A DNA stretch of 31,295 nucleotides from a virus (Duplodnaviria > Caudoviricetes), in the IMG/VR virus record IMGVR_UViG_3300048861_000049, positions 1 to 31,295 of that record; one strand, written 5' to 3'. Positions 8,758 to 16,814 of the stretch are shown in pieces; positions within the stretch are counted from its first letter, which is position 1; every line of letters begins with the position of its first letter. The position numbers and the translations under genes were made by a program. Below the pieces are notes generated by a model that was not told where the DNA came from, did not search any database, and saw nothing but the letters and a program-made list of their open reading frames with translations.

Positions 8758-8946
8758 TCAATGCTCGCTTTCCCGGCCGAAGCCGATCGGGGGCTGGGTT
8801 CGCATGATCTTGTGGCCGTGCAAGTCCACCAAGCCGGTGTCGACTTCCTTCGCGCCGTCAACGTGCAAGTTGGGTAGGAGTGGGCCGCAATCCCACCATT
8901 CGTCGCTGCCACGAGGTTCCGCCGCTGGTCTGGTGATGTAGGGCAT
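8758..8946 (-). CDS. Small hypothetical phage protein
   Basis: 62 aa, VDTGLVDLHG.KIMR...PIGF; co-oriented and packed against gpF. Confidence 0.6.
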   Translation of the reverse strand: MPYITRPAAEPRGSDEWWDCGPLLPNLHVDGAKEVDTGLVDLHGHKIMRTQPPIGFGRESEH

Positions 8947-8956
8947 AAAGCTTCCG

Positions 8957-8992
8957 AAAAGGTGGGCGCGGCAGTCGAGGCCACCGCGCCCA
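8957..8992 (-). terminator. Possible intrinsic terminator/attenuator hairpin
   Basis: GC stem TGGGCGCGGTGG..CTGCCGCGCCCA followed by a short CCTTTT, just after the stop at 8998. Confidence 0.45.
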
Positions 8993-8997
8993 GAGGA

Positions 8998-9318
8998 TCA
9001 GCCGGCGACGGGCAGGCCGGTGGTCGGATCTACCGTCTGCGCCAGCGGCGGGTTCAGCACGGTGTCGAGCTTGTCGGACAGCGTATTGATATCCGCATCC
9101 GACGTGCCCTCGACGGGCGGCGTCTGAATCTTGGTAATGGCCTGGTCGATCAGGCCAGAGAGTCGATTGAAGGCGTCGGTCGCCATGTGGATTTCCTTTC
9201 GGGTGGCTGCGTTGTCCGCGCAAATGTCGTCGCGAACCTGTTTGAGCTCGACGAGGATCGCATGATCGGCGCCGAGCAAAGCGGACCAGAGATTGCGGAG
9301 GTAGGTGGAGAGGGTCAT
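8998..9318 (-). CDS. Hypothetical helical protein (106 aa); second in-frame start at 9186
   Basis: ATGA overlap with the portal stop; internal GAAAGGAAA-N5-ATG. Confidence 0.6.
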   Translation of the reverse strand: MTLSTYLRNLWSALLGADHAILVELKQVRDDICADNAATRKEIHMATDAFNRLSGLIDQAITKIQTPPVEGTSDADINTLSDKLDTVLNPPLAQTVDPTTGLPVAG

Positions 9319-11300
9319 TCCTCGGTCACTCCGTTCTGCCAGTTGTCCTTCACCTGCGCGAACAGCTCCGGCCCGAACTTCAGCGGGCCGACGTACGGCT
9401 GGACCTTCGACAGATCGAAGTCGGCCGGCGCGGCGTAGGTGATGGTGACGTGCGGCTGGTACTCGTCGAAATCGTGCGACGCGCCGGCCTCGATGATGCA
9501 GTCGTGCCGATAGGTCAGATCGTTGCTGGAGAACAGCAGCACCACCGCACCCTTGTCGCCAAGCGGCTGCACGATGCGCGCGCCGCCGGCCGGAACGGTC
9601 AGGTTGCCACTGGCATCGCTGCTCCAATCCTGCCCGATCGTCATCCAGTCGACGGCCTGGCGCGAGAACGCGACCGTGACGTGCAGTTCGTCGGCCGGGG
9701 CGGTGCTGGTGAAGCCCTGCGCCTTCGCCCACTTGATGAAATCTGCGGCGTTCAGGAGCTTGCGCGAAACATAGAGCGTCTGCGGCGTGGCGTCGGTGAA
9801 GCGCGCATCGTTCGCGGCACGGCGGCGGGGCTTGGCCTGTGGCTGCCCCGCGACGCCGGCAGATGGAGCGGGATCACCTCCTTTCGCCGGGTTAGTGGCA
9901 TCGGGCGCCTGCAACGCAGACGGATCGTCATCGGTCTCGGGATCGGGCGCGGTGAGCGACGGGAAGCGTTCGCCCTCGGGCACCTCCGCCAGCGCGCCGT
10001 CGAGCCCTTCCAGCCATCCGCGCTCGACGGCGGTGTGCTGAAGCGCTTTCTCGAACGCGATCGTCGGGATGGCGGCCGTCGTCTGAAGCGCGGTGATCGC
10101 GGTCATGGTGTTCATGAACGCCGTCGCCTCGTCCAGTTCGGACATCTCCTGGAGCGGCGGGAAGTCGTAGTTCGCCTGCGCGGTGAGCGTCACGCCGGCC
10201 GATGGCAGCAGCACCGCGTCGATCTGGTCCAGCGCCGGCCGCAGATCGGCGTTCTGGTCGGCGCGGATCTTGGCGATGTAATTCGCCTCGTCGCCGGTGC
10301 CGGTAGCGTTCATGCCGTCGGGCGACTTGCCGAGGAACCGGGTCGCGGGGATGTCGAAGGCGCCCGCCACGCCCGCGCAATAGACCCGGATCATATCGGG
10401 CATGCCGGTCCATGCGACCTGCCGTGTTTCCCACGTCTCCCCGGGCACATCCTTGCCCTTGCCGCCGTCGAGGATGCGGGTGTTGTGGATCGATTTCAGC
10501 GAATTCGCGACCGTGACGCGCCTGGTCACCAGCGCCTCGCCTTCGGTCGTCGACAGAAGGTTGATGAGGCCAGGGATCGAGACGGTATCCACCTTCGCCT
10601 CGTCGATCAGCGACCCGAACCCATTCATGGCCGCCTCGGCATTCTTCACCGCGTCCGCGACGGTCAGCATGAGCGGATCGCCCCAGAACCAGTCATCGCC
10701 GGCCGTGCCGTGCAGGTTGGGGTTCTGGCGGCCACGGAAGGCAACGACGCGGCTCGGGTGGATCTGCACCAGCCCCCGGCTATTGCCTGCGCCATAGTTG
10801 ATCTGGAAATAGGCGGGCTGGCCGAACAGGTCATCGGCCGGGTCCATGACGATCTGGCCGAGCGACACCTGCCAACGGTTCATGACGTGCAGATACCGCA
10901 GCGATCCGACGCCGCGTTTGCTGGTGCCGAGCGGCTGGGTCGGATCCTCGTTGCCTACGCCCATAATGATGAGGCCGCCGCCGAGACGGCCGAGAACGAG
11001 CGCCTGACGCAGCTTACGCCACAGCCCGAGCCGCTTTTCCTCAGCCTCCACCTTGTCGACGTCGGCCTCGTCCAGCTGCCAGTCGCGGCCGTTGCGGGTC
11101 ATATCGAACGGGGGCAAGTCGATGCCCTTCCGCATCATCCACGACGATCGATAGGACGCCTCGATCTGCTCCGGCAGGATGAACGGGCGCGTGTAGAAGG
11201 CGTGCATGCGCTTGTCGGCGGTGGTTCCGGCGCCGCTGACAAGGTTGGCCAGCCCGTCCTTGAACCGGACATTCCCAATGCGCGCGCTGAAATCGGCCAT
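9315..11300 (-). CDS. Portal protein (DUF1073 family) fused to a C-terminal Acb1-like 2H phosphoesterase
   Basis: Portal motifs DGLANLVSG.GT..DKR, IHPSRVV.F.G and DIPATRFLGKSPDGMNATG. Pro-rich linker. C-terminal domain with two HxT motifs, ELHVTVAFSR and YQPHVTITY. Confidence 0.92.
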   Translation of the reverse strand: MADFSARIGNVRFKDGLANLVSGAGTTADKRMHAFYTRPFILPEQIEASYRSSWMMRKGIDLPPFDMTRNGRDWQLDEADVDKVEAEEKRLGLWRKLRQALVLGRLGGGLIIMGVGNEDPTQPLGTSKRGVGSLRYLHVMNRWQVSLGQIVMDPADDLFGQPAYFQINYGAGNSRGLVQIHPSRVVAFRGRQNPNLHGTAGDDWFWGDPLMLTVADAVKNAEAAMNGFGSLIDEAKVDTVSIPGLINLLSTTEGEALVTRRVTVANSLKSIHNTRILDGGKGKDVPGETWETRQVAWTGMPDMIRVYCAGVAGAFDIPATRFLGKSPDGMNATGTGDEANYIAKIRADQNADLRPALDQIDAVLLPSAGVTLTAQANYDFPPLQEMSELDEATAFMNTMTAITALQTTAAIPTIAFEKALQHTAVERGWLEGLDGALAEVPEGERFPSLTAPDPETDDDPSALQAPDATNPAKGGDPAPSAGVAGQPQAKPRRRAANDARFTDATPQTLYVSRKLLNAADFIKWAKAQGFTSTAPADELHVTVAFSRQAVDWMTIGQDWSSDASGNLTVPAGGARIVQPLGDKGAVVLLFSSNDLTYRHDCIIEAGASHDFDEYQPHVTITYAAPADFDLSKVQPYVGPLKFGPELFAQVKDNWQNGVTEE

Positions 11301-11307
11301 GGCGCGC

Positions 11308-11344
11308 ATGATGGAGAGCGGCGGAGGCCGTGATTGCGGCCGAT
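11308..11344 (-). promoter_or_regulatory. Late promoter motif copy 4 (ATCGGCCGCAATC-N18-CATCAT-N7-ATG)
   Basis: 13-mer with one mismatch at 11332-11344, directly after the terL stop; hexamer at 11308-11313; ATG at 11300. Confidence 0.78.
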
Positions 11345-12874
11345 CTATCCGAGCAGCGCCGCCAGATCGTAGCCGTCGGGCTCCAGCGCCAGCTCGTTCA
11401 GCGCATCGGCAAAAGCGTCCACCTGGTCGTCGAAGCGCGCGCTGGGGAAGCCACAAACCTCGTCGAGAAACGCTTCATTCCATGCGCCGCGCAGCAGCTT
11501 GACGTTCCCTGCCTCGGATTGCGCGGATGCGGGCTTCGCGCGCAGGGCCTTCTCACCCGTCACCGGCTTGGCGAACGCCGCATATCCCGCGAGCAACTTC
11601 AGCTTGGTCGCCGCGTCAGCCTTGCCCGCGGCGGCTGGATCTTGCGGCATCCGGATCGTGACGTCGGTTCCGTCTTGGCTGGCGGTGTTCTTCAGCGTCG
11701 ACTCGACCTGGCCGGGCGACCACTGGCCGCGCACGACGTCCTCGACGTAGAAGATGCCGCCCACATAGGCCATGCGAAGTCCAACGGTCCAATCCGGCTG
11801 CTTCCCCGCCTTCACGGTGGACGCCGCGAAATCCCATGCGCGCACACGCTTGGCGCCGGCAGGCACGGCATCCACGATCGTGAAGTCGCCGCGCTGGAAC
11901 ATGCCGCCCGATCGCGGCGATGGCCGTTGCTGGAACTGGCCAGCGACCGCATAGCTGCCCATCGGTATCTTGTCGCGATCCACCACCTCGCGCGGAAAGC
12001 GTTCGGGGAACAGCAGTTCGCCCTCGTAGGTGCGCGGGTCGCTGAACCCGATCGAGGTCCGGCAAGCCCGGTCTGGCTCGAACTCCATCGGCAGCATCAG
12101 GTGGTCGTAGCCGAGCTTCAGCGCCAGGATCGTGCCGCTGACGTCGCTTTCGTGGAGACGCTGCATCACGACGACGATCGCCGACTTCGACGGGTTGGTC
12201 AGTCGTGTTGGCACCGATTCCCGGAACGTCTTGATCGTGCCGTTCCGCTCCGTCTCGGAGTCGGCGCCATCAACGCTATGCGGATCGTCGATGATGACGC
12301 GATCACCACGACCGCCGGTCAGGCGCGAGAATGGCTTTCCCTGCCGGAAGCCGGTCGCGGTGTTGCTGAACGACATTTCGCCGGACCGGACCAACGTGGT
12401 TGGCCATAGTGCCTGATACCATTCGCTGGTGACAAGATCGCGCATGCGGCCGTTGTCGCGCTTGGCATAGTCCTCGGAATAGCTCGATCCGATGTACCTC
12501 ATCGATGGCTTGCCGGCCGGACCCCACTCCCATGCTGGCCAGAACACGCCGGTCAGCAGCGACTTCATCGTGCCGGGGGGAATGTTAATGAGCAGCCGGG
12601 TGATCTGCCCGTCGGTGATCGCCTCCAGGTGCTCGCAGATCGCGTCGACGTGCCAGCCGTGGATGTAGGGATTGGACGGCTCCAGCACGCTCCACGCCTC
12701 GCGAACGAAGCCCGACAGCCGTGTGCAGCGCTGGCGGATGGACTCGGCGTTGTCGATGCGCCGCTGACGCTCGGCTTCAAGCCGGCGCAGATCCTCGCGG
12801 CGCGCCCGCTCATCCAACAGGGCCAGATATTCGCGATCAGTGAGCTGTAGGGCGGCTTGCACGGGTCGCTTCAT
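11345..12874 (-). CDS. terL: Terminase large subunit
   Basis: Walker A region INIPPGTMKS, Walker B VIIDDPH, MQRLH..D, nuclease motifs RAWDFA and DDQVDA. Confidence 0.95.
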   Translation of the reverse strand: MKRPVQAALQLTDREYLALLDERARREDLRRLEAERQRRIDNAESIRQRCTRLSGFVREAWSVLEPSNPYIHGWHVDAICEHLEAITDGQITRLLINIPPGTMKSLLTGVFWPAWEWGPAGKPSMRYIGSSYSEDYAKRDNGRMRDLVTSEWYQALWPTTLVRSGEMSFSNTATGFRQGKPFSRLTGGRGDRVIIDDPHSVDGADSETERNGTIKTFRESVPTRLTNPSKSAIVVVMQRLHESDVSGTILALKLGYDHLMLPMEFEPDRACRTSIGFSDPRTYEGELLFPERFPREVVDRDKIPMGSYAVAGQFQQRPSPRSGGMFQRGDFTIVDAVPAGAKRVRAWDFAASTVKAGKQPDWTVGLRMAYVGGIFYVEDVVRGQWSPGQVESTLKNTASQDGTDVTIRMPQDPAAAGKADAATKLKLLAGYAAFAKPVTGEKALRAKPASAQSEAGNVKLLRGAWNEAFLDEVCGFPSARFDDQVDAFADALNELALEPDGYDLAALLG

Positions 12875-13271
12875 GCGCGGCGATCCGCGCGCTGATCTCG
12901 TCGTCGGAGAGGTTGCGATATTCGATCAGGCCGCCGTGCTCGATCCGCTCCTTGAATGCCTGCACCTCGACATGCTTGCCCACCAATTCGAGCGCGCGAG
13001 CGGCGGGTGCATAAGCGCCTGCTTCCTTTGCCTTTTTGTGGAGATCTACCGCTTGGGTCAGCACCCACGCCGCGTCGATCTTCGACACGACGGCGATGTC
13101 TGTTTGCAGTTCGATGACGCGCGCGGCGACGTTCTCATTCGTTCTCAGCCGATGGGCATTTGATCGGCTCGGCGAAAAGCCGGCGGAAGCATATGCATCC
13201 TCCAGCGACAGACCCTTGGCGATCTCCTGCGCGAACCGCTCATGCCGGGCGTTCTTCAGCGGGCCAGCCAT
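12837..13271 (-). CDS. terS: Terminase small subunit
   Basis: LKNARHERFAQ...AY..AG HTH and A.RALELVGKH; immediately upstream of terL. Confidence 0.85.
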   Translation of the reverse strand: MAGPLKNARHERFAQEIAKGLSLEDAYASAGFSPSRSNAHRLRTNENVAARVIELQTDIAVVSKIDAAWVLTQAVDLHKKAKEAGAYAPAARALELVGKHVEVQAFKERIEHGGLIEYRNLSDDEISARIAAHEATRASRPTAH

Positions 13272-13690
13272 CACTCCACCCCCGGCAACATCGGCTGATC
13301 TACATCCACGATCGGCGCGGCGCTGGCGAGCATCTGCGCCTTCACTGACGGACGATCCAACCGCTCAGCGGTCAGCAGATCGAAATCCCAGAACCGGGGC
13401 TGCCGGCTCGGCCAGACGATCTTCCGACGCAGCCCCATCACGTAGCGGCCGGCGGTCGAAGTCGGGCGCCTGCCGGGGATGCGATGCCCGCGCTTGGCGT
13501 AATGCGCCTCTAGGTACTCGCGCCGCATGATCTTCAACCGGTCGTAGCCGTATTCTTCGCACCAGCGGAGGATCGCTCGTTTGTGGGACCGCATCTCGTC
13601 TTCAATTCCCTCCCAACCGACGCGAGCGAACGCATCGGGAAAATCCCGCGGCATGGGCCGGTATCCGGTGGAGATGACCGGCTTGGCCAT
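13271..13690 (-). CDS. Hypothetical basic protein with HTH-like N-terminus, at the Q/late-regulator position
   Basis: TGATG overlaps on both sides. RPMPRDF...ILRW.EE.G resembles the repeats of 17821..18333. Confidence 0.65.
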   Translation of the reverse strand: MAKPVISTGYRPMPRDFPDAFARVGWEGIEDEMRSHKRAILRWCEEYGYDRLKIMRREYLEAHYAKRGHRIPGRRPTSTAGRYVMGLRRKIVWPSRQPRFWDFDLLTAERLDRPSVKAQMLASAAPIVDVDQPMLPGVE

Positions 13691-14466
13691 CAGTACCGGG
13701 CTGCCAATCGGTAAAGCGTTTCGTTCGGATCTTCGGTGTTGACCCGAGCACGAAGCCGCTGGGTGATCCACGATCGAGGATCGGACACAGCCTGGCGCCG
13801 CGCAGCGACGATCCCGCCCATCACCGCCTCATCGCCGTGGGCCTGCCGCCACTTCCCGATCAGCGATCTGGCCTGCGTCGGCGACGACCCTGCCTCGGTG
13901 AGCAGGCTGACGCCAGCATCGAACAGGGCTTTCACAGGGTCGGGAGCGGGTTCGGCAGGGCGATCGTCGAGATCGAGTTTCGGAGCAAAATCCGCCGATA
14001 CGCTAGTATCGGAACTGGGTGATTGTGGCGGGCATCCTCCAAGCATTGCTTCGGGCATGCTTGGTGCATTGCTTGGAGCAGTGCTTGCGGCATTGCCCGT
14101 AGCATTGCTCTGGGCATTGCTTGGAGCATCCGTCCAGCGTGCTTGGGCAGCTGCTCGGGCCTTGCTCGACCGCCGCTCGGCATTGTCTGCCGCCGAGGCC
14201 AATTCCTTATCGATCCGCTTGTGATGCCACTCTCCGCCATCGATCTTGAACATGCGGGCTAGAGCCGGCCGGTGCCGTTTCCAGGCCAAGCGATCGAGCT
14301 TCGTGATCTGCTGGAGCACATCGTCATCGTCGGGCGCGGGTCCGTTGCGCCAATAGTCGAGGATCAGCAGGAGATAGGCCCCATGCTGCTCGGTGGTTAA
14401 ACGCTGCGTGTCGCCCAGATAGTCCCCGACATAGAGGGGCATCCACGCAGAGGATTCCTTCGCCAT
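13690..14466 (-). CDS. Replication initiator, DUF1376/YdaU family
   Basis: WMPLYVGDYLGDTQRLTTEQHGAYLLLILDYW; central repeat tract; start moved to ATG 14466. Confidence 0.88.
   Translation of the reverse strand: MAKESSAWMPLYVGDYLGDTQRLTTEQHGAYLLLILDYWRNGPAPDDDDVLQQITKLDRLAWKRHRPALARMFKIDGGEWHHKRIDKELASAADNAERRSSKARAAAQARWTDAPSNAQSNATGNAASTAPSNAPSMPEAMLGGCPPQSPSSDTSVSADFAPKLDLDDRPAEPAPDPVKALFDAGVSLLTEAGSSPTQARSLIGKWRQAHGDEAVMGGIVAARRQAVSDPRSWITQRLRARVNTEDPNETLYRLAARY
13995..14130. repeat. Putative replication origin inside the initiator gene: about 12-bp GCATTGC iteron-like repeats plus an inverted repeat
   Basis: About seven GCA(T/G)TGC-type units at 14042-14130; CCGATAC-gcta-GTATCGG at 13995-14012. 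Confidence 0.7.
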
Positions 14467-15875
14467 CAACGCACCGCCTGATATTCTGCATGGAACTGCC
14501 CATGCCGGGTTACATTGGCCTCGCCGGCCCGCCGCTTGGCGCAGATGAAATCGATGCGGCCGGTGCAGCGCTGCAAGTTTTCGCGCCACGTCACATGATC
14601 CACGCTGTCGTGATCGAGCGGTTCGGATTGCCGGAGGTAATATTCCAGCCGGAAGAAGAAGAGCACGGCGTCAGCGTCTTGCTCGATCGACCCGGAATCA
14701 CGGAGGTCAGAGAGGACCGGGCGCTTGTCGGGGCGGCGCTCCACCTCACGGCTCAACTGGCTCAGCACGAACATTCCGACATTCTGCGACTTCGCGATGC
14801 GCTTCAGGCCGTTGCTGATCTCCGTGACTTCGGCTGTCTTGTTTTCCCTCGGCTTCGCGCTGGACATGAGCTGGAGATAATCGACGATCACGAGATCGAG
14901 AGATTGCCCCTTAGCCTCCATGCGACGCCGGTAGCGGCGGATCATGCGCTCCAGCTTGGGAATGGTGAGGCCGGACGCATCGCAGATGTGCAGGGGTAGC
15001 TCGCCGAGCCTCTCGGCGGCGCGGCATACCTCTCGCTTGCGGAACGGATCCAACTCGCGATTGCGGATGAAATTGTAGGGAACGCCCTGGCCGCTCTCGT
15101 GACTGATGTCGGAGAACATCCGCTCGATAAGCTGGGGTGCGCCCATTTCGAGGCTGATGATCAGCGTGCCGTTGCCGTTCTGCGCCGCGCCGATCGCATA
15201 GGAGAGGGCGGTTGCCGTCTTGCCCATGCCGGGCCGGCCGGCGCCAATGACCAGATCACCCTTCCGTATCGAGCCGATGGCCTGATCGATGCCCGTCACG
15301 CGGCTGCACAGGATGCCGGGGGGCATGGGACTGTCGATGTTGTCGATGTAGTCGCGGGCCCACGCCGCGACGCTCTTGACGGTCTCGGAGGCGTGGCCAT
15401 CGACGCCGGCCCCGACCGCCGCGTCTACGGCGTCGATCAGTGCTTCGTCGGTGCCGGAGACATCGTGTGCAGTCTCGACGGCCTTGTAGAGCGCGGCGAT
15501 GATCCGACGCCGCTTTGCGAAGCGACTGATGTCGGAGAGCAAGCCCTTCCAGTCGTAGAGCAGGGAAAGCGAATCCGCTCCCATCTCGAACAGCGCCTGG
15601 GGGCCGCCAAAGTGAGCGAAGCTGGGATCTTCCTCCAGCATGGGCCTCAGCGTGATCGGGTTGACCGTGCGGCCAGCCGACACCTCGTGCACCATCAGGA
15701 GGAACATGCGACCGAGGAACGGGTCGGAGAAATCATCTTGGGTCAGGCGATCGGCGCACATCTCCAAGGCGCTGCGGTCGCGGATCAACGTGCAGAGCAG
15801 CGAGAACTCGGCCTCACGGTTATTAAGGGCAGATGCGCCGTCGTCGTGGTCGACCGGAACCAAGGCAGTGCTCAT
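14466..15875 (-). CDS. DnaB-like replicative helicase
   Basis: GRPGMGKT, SLEM, VIVDYLQL, LSQLSR and SDLRDSGSIEQDAD; start ATG 15875. Confidence 0.95.
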   Translation of the reverse strand: MSTALVPVDHDDGASALNNREAEFSLLCTLIRDRSALEMCADRLTQDDFSDPFLGRMFLLMVHEVSAGRTVNPITLRPMLEEDPSFAHFGGPQALFEMGADSLSLLYDWKGLLSDISRFAKRRRIIAALYKAVETAHDVSGTDEALIDAVDAAVGAGVDGHASETVKSVAAWARDYIDNIDSPMPPGILCSRVTGIDQAIGSIRKGDLVIGAGRPGMGKTATALSYAIGAAQNGNGTLIISLEMGAPQLIERMFSDISHESGQGVPYNFIRNRELDPFRKREVCRAAERLGELPLHICDASGLTIPKLERMIRRYRRRMEAKGQSLDLVIVDYLQLMSSAKPRENKTAEVTEISNGLKRIAKSQNVGMFVLSQLSREVERRPDKRPVLSDLRDSGSIEQDADAVLFFFRLEYYLRQSEPLDHDSVDHVTWRENLQRCTGRIDFICAKRRAGEANVTRHGQFHAEYQAVR

Positions 15876-16081
15876 AGACGCTCCGATGCCACGACGAAGG
15901 CGCGTTGGAGGGTCAGCGCGCGCAGCATAGCATCCCGCCGCTGGCTGGAGGTGGAATTGGGATCGTCCCGGAGCGCCTGCATGCGCTGAGCCGCTGCATC
16001 GAAAGCGTCCCATGCGGCCTGTACGTCCATAGGCAAGCGCCGTGGTGCGTGCGGATCGAACGGGATGATCTGCGCGCTCAC
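15872..16081 (-). CDS. Hypothetical protein
   Basis: 69 aa, coupled to both neighbours by overlaps. Confidence 0.6.
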   Translation of the reverse strand: MSAQIIPFDPHAPRRLPMDVQAAWDAFDAAAQRMQALRDDPNSTSSQRRDAMLRALTLQRAFVVASERL

Positions 16082-16263
16082 CGAAACATCCTCGTGCGGA
16101 CGCGAATATGCTCACGCGCGATCCGGGCGCCGGGATTCTGCCGCAGCGCCTCCTTCTCCGCGTCCTCGATGTTCGCGAATGGCCTGTTGCCCCAATGGCC
16201 GGGCTTGCTGAGGTTTGCGCCGGGAAACGCGCCGGTGCTGATGATGAAGTCGGGAGCGATCAT
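16078..16263 (-). CDS. Hypothetical protein
   Basis: 61 aa, coupled to both neighbours by overlaps. Confidence 0.6.
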   Translation of the reverse strand: MIAPDFIISTGAFPGANLSKPGHWGNRPFANIEDAEKEALRQNPGARIAREHIRVRTRMFR

Positions 16264-16811
16264 GCCGCACCTGCCAGCTGCGGCCGCAGCACCTCACCCG
16301 CGCGCCACGGCGGCATGATGCCCATCTGCTCGCACGCGAAATCGAGGATGCCGATGGCCTCCGCCTGATCGTGCTTCAGCGGCTTGAACCCAAGCTGCCG
16401 GGCCCGCGACATGGCGTACATCTTGAGATCGGCGCTCTTGGTCGCGCGCGGCATGCGGCCGAGGAAGAACGAGCGCCACGTCGCGGCATGGACATCGCGG
16501 ATAAGCCGGCAGCCCATCGCTTCGCCCCAACTCTCCGCATGCATGGCAAGGCCGATCAGCACGTTCAGCGTGTCGGCGTTGGTATGGCCGTTGTCAGGCC
16601 CGAGGTTCAGCGGGCGCTCGTAGAAGATGTGGTCGATCGGGCCGACCGCATGCAGGGCGCTCATCTCCTCGTGGAGCTTGGCGAAGGTGCGGCCCTTCGA
16701 TGTGAACTCGGAACCAAGGGTCCACGCCCCCGACGCGGCGACGCCATCGTCAGGGCCCCAGCAGGCCCAGCCGGCGGAGCGTTTGGAGAGGTCGAGGGCG
16801 AGGATCCGCAT
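16260..16811 (-). CDS. RuvC-like Holliday junction resolvase
   Basis: MRILALDLS...GWA, IFYE and HDQAEA.GI acidic motifs of the RNase H fold. Confidence 0.8.
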   Translation of the reverse strand: MRILALDLSKRSAGWACWGPDDGVAASGAWTLGSEFTSKGRTFAKLHEEMSALHAVGPIDHIFYERPLNLGPDNGHTNADTLNVLIGLAMHAESWGEAMGCRLIRDVHAATWRSFFLGRMPRATKSADLKMYAMSRARQLGFKPLKHDQAEAIGILDFACEQMGIMPPWRAGEVLRPQLAGAA

Positions 16812-16814
16812 GGC

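Noticed and set aside
11301-11456. Extended N-termini in the ORF track (portal 11456, capsid 5895, helicase 16115, initiator 14589, cI 19917, cro 20139)
   Set aside because: They overlap neighbouring genes or operators; downstream starts fit SD, overlap or promoter geometry better.
14042-14130. Repeat array as a CRISPR
   Set aside because: Units are about 12 bp, degenerate, in-frame and have no spacers.
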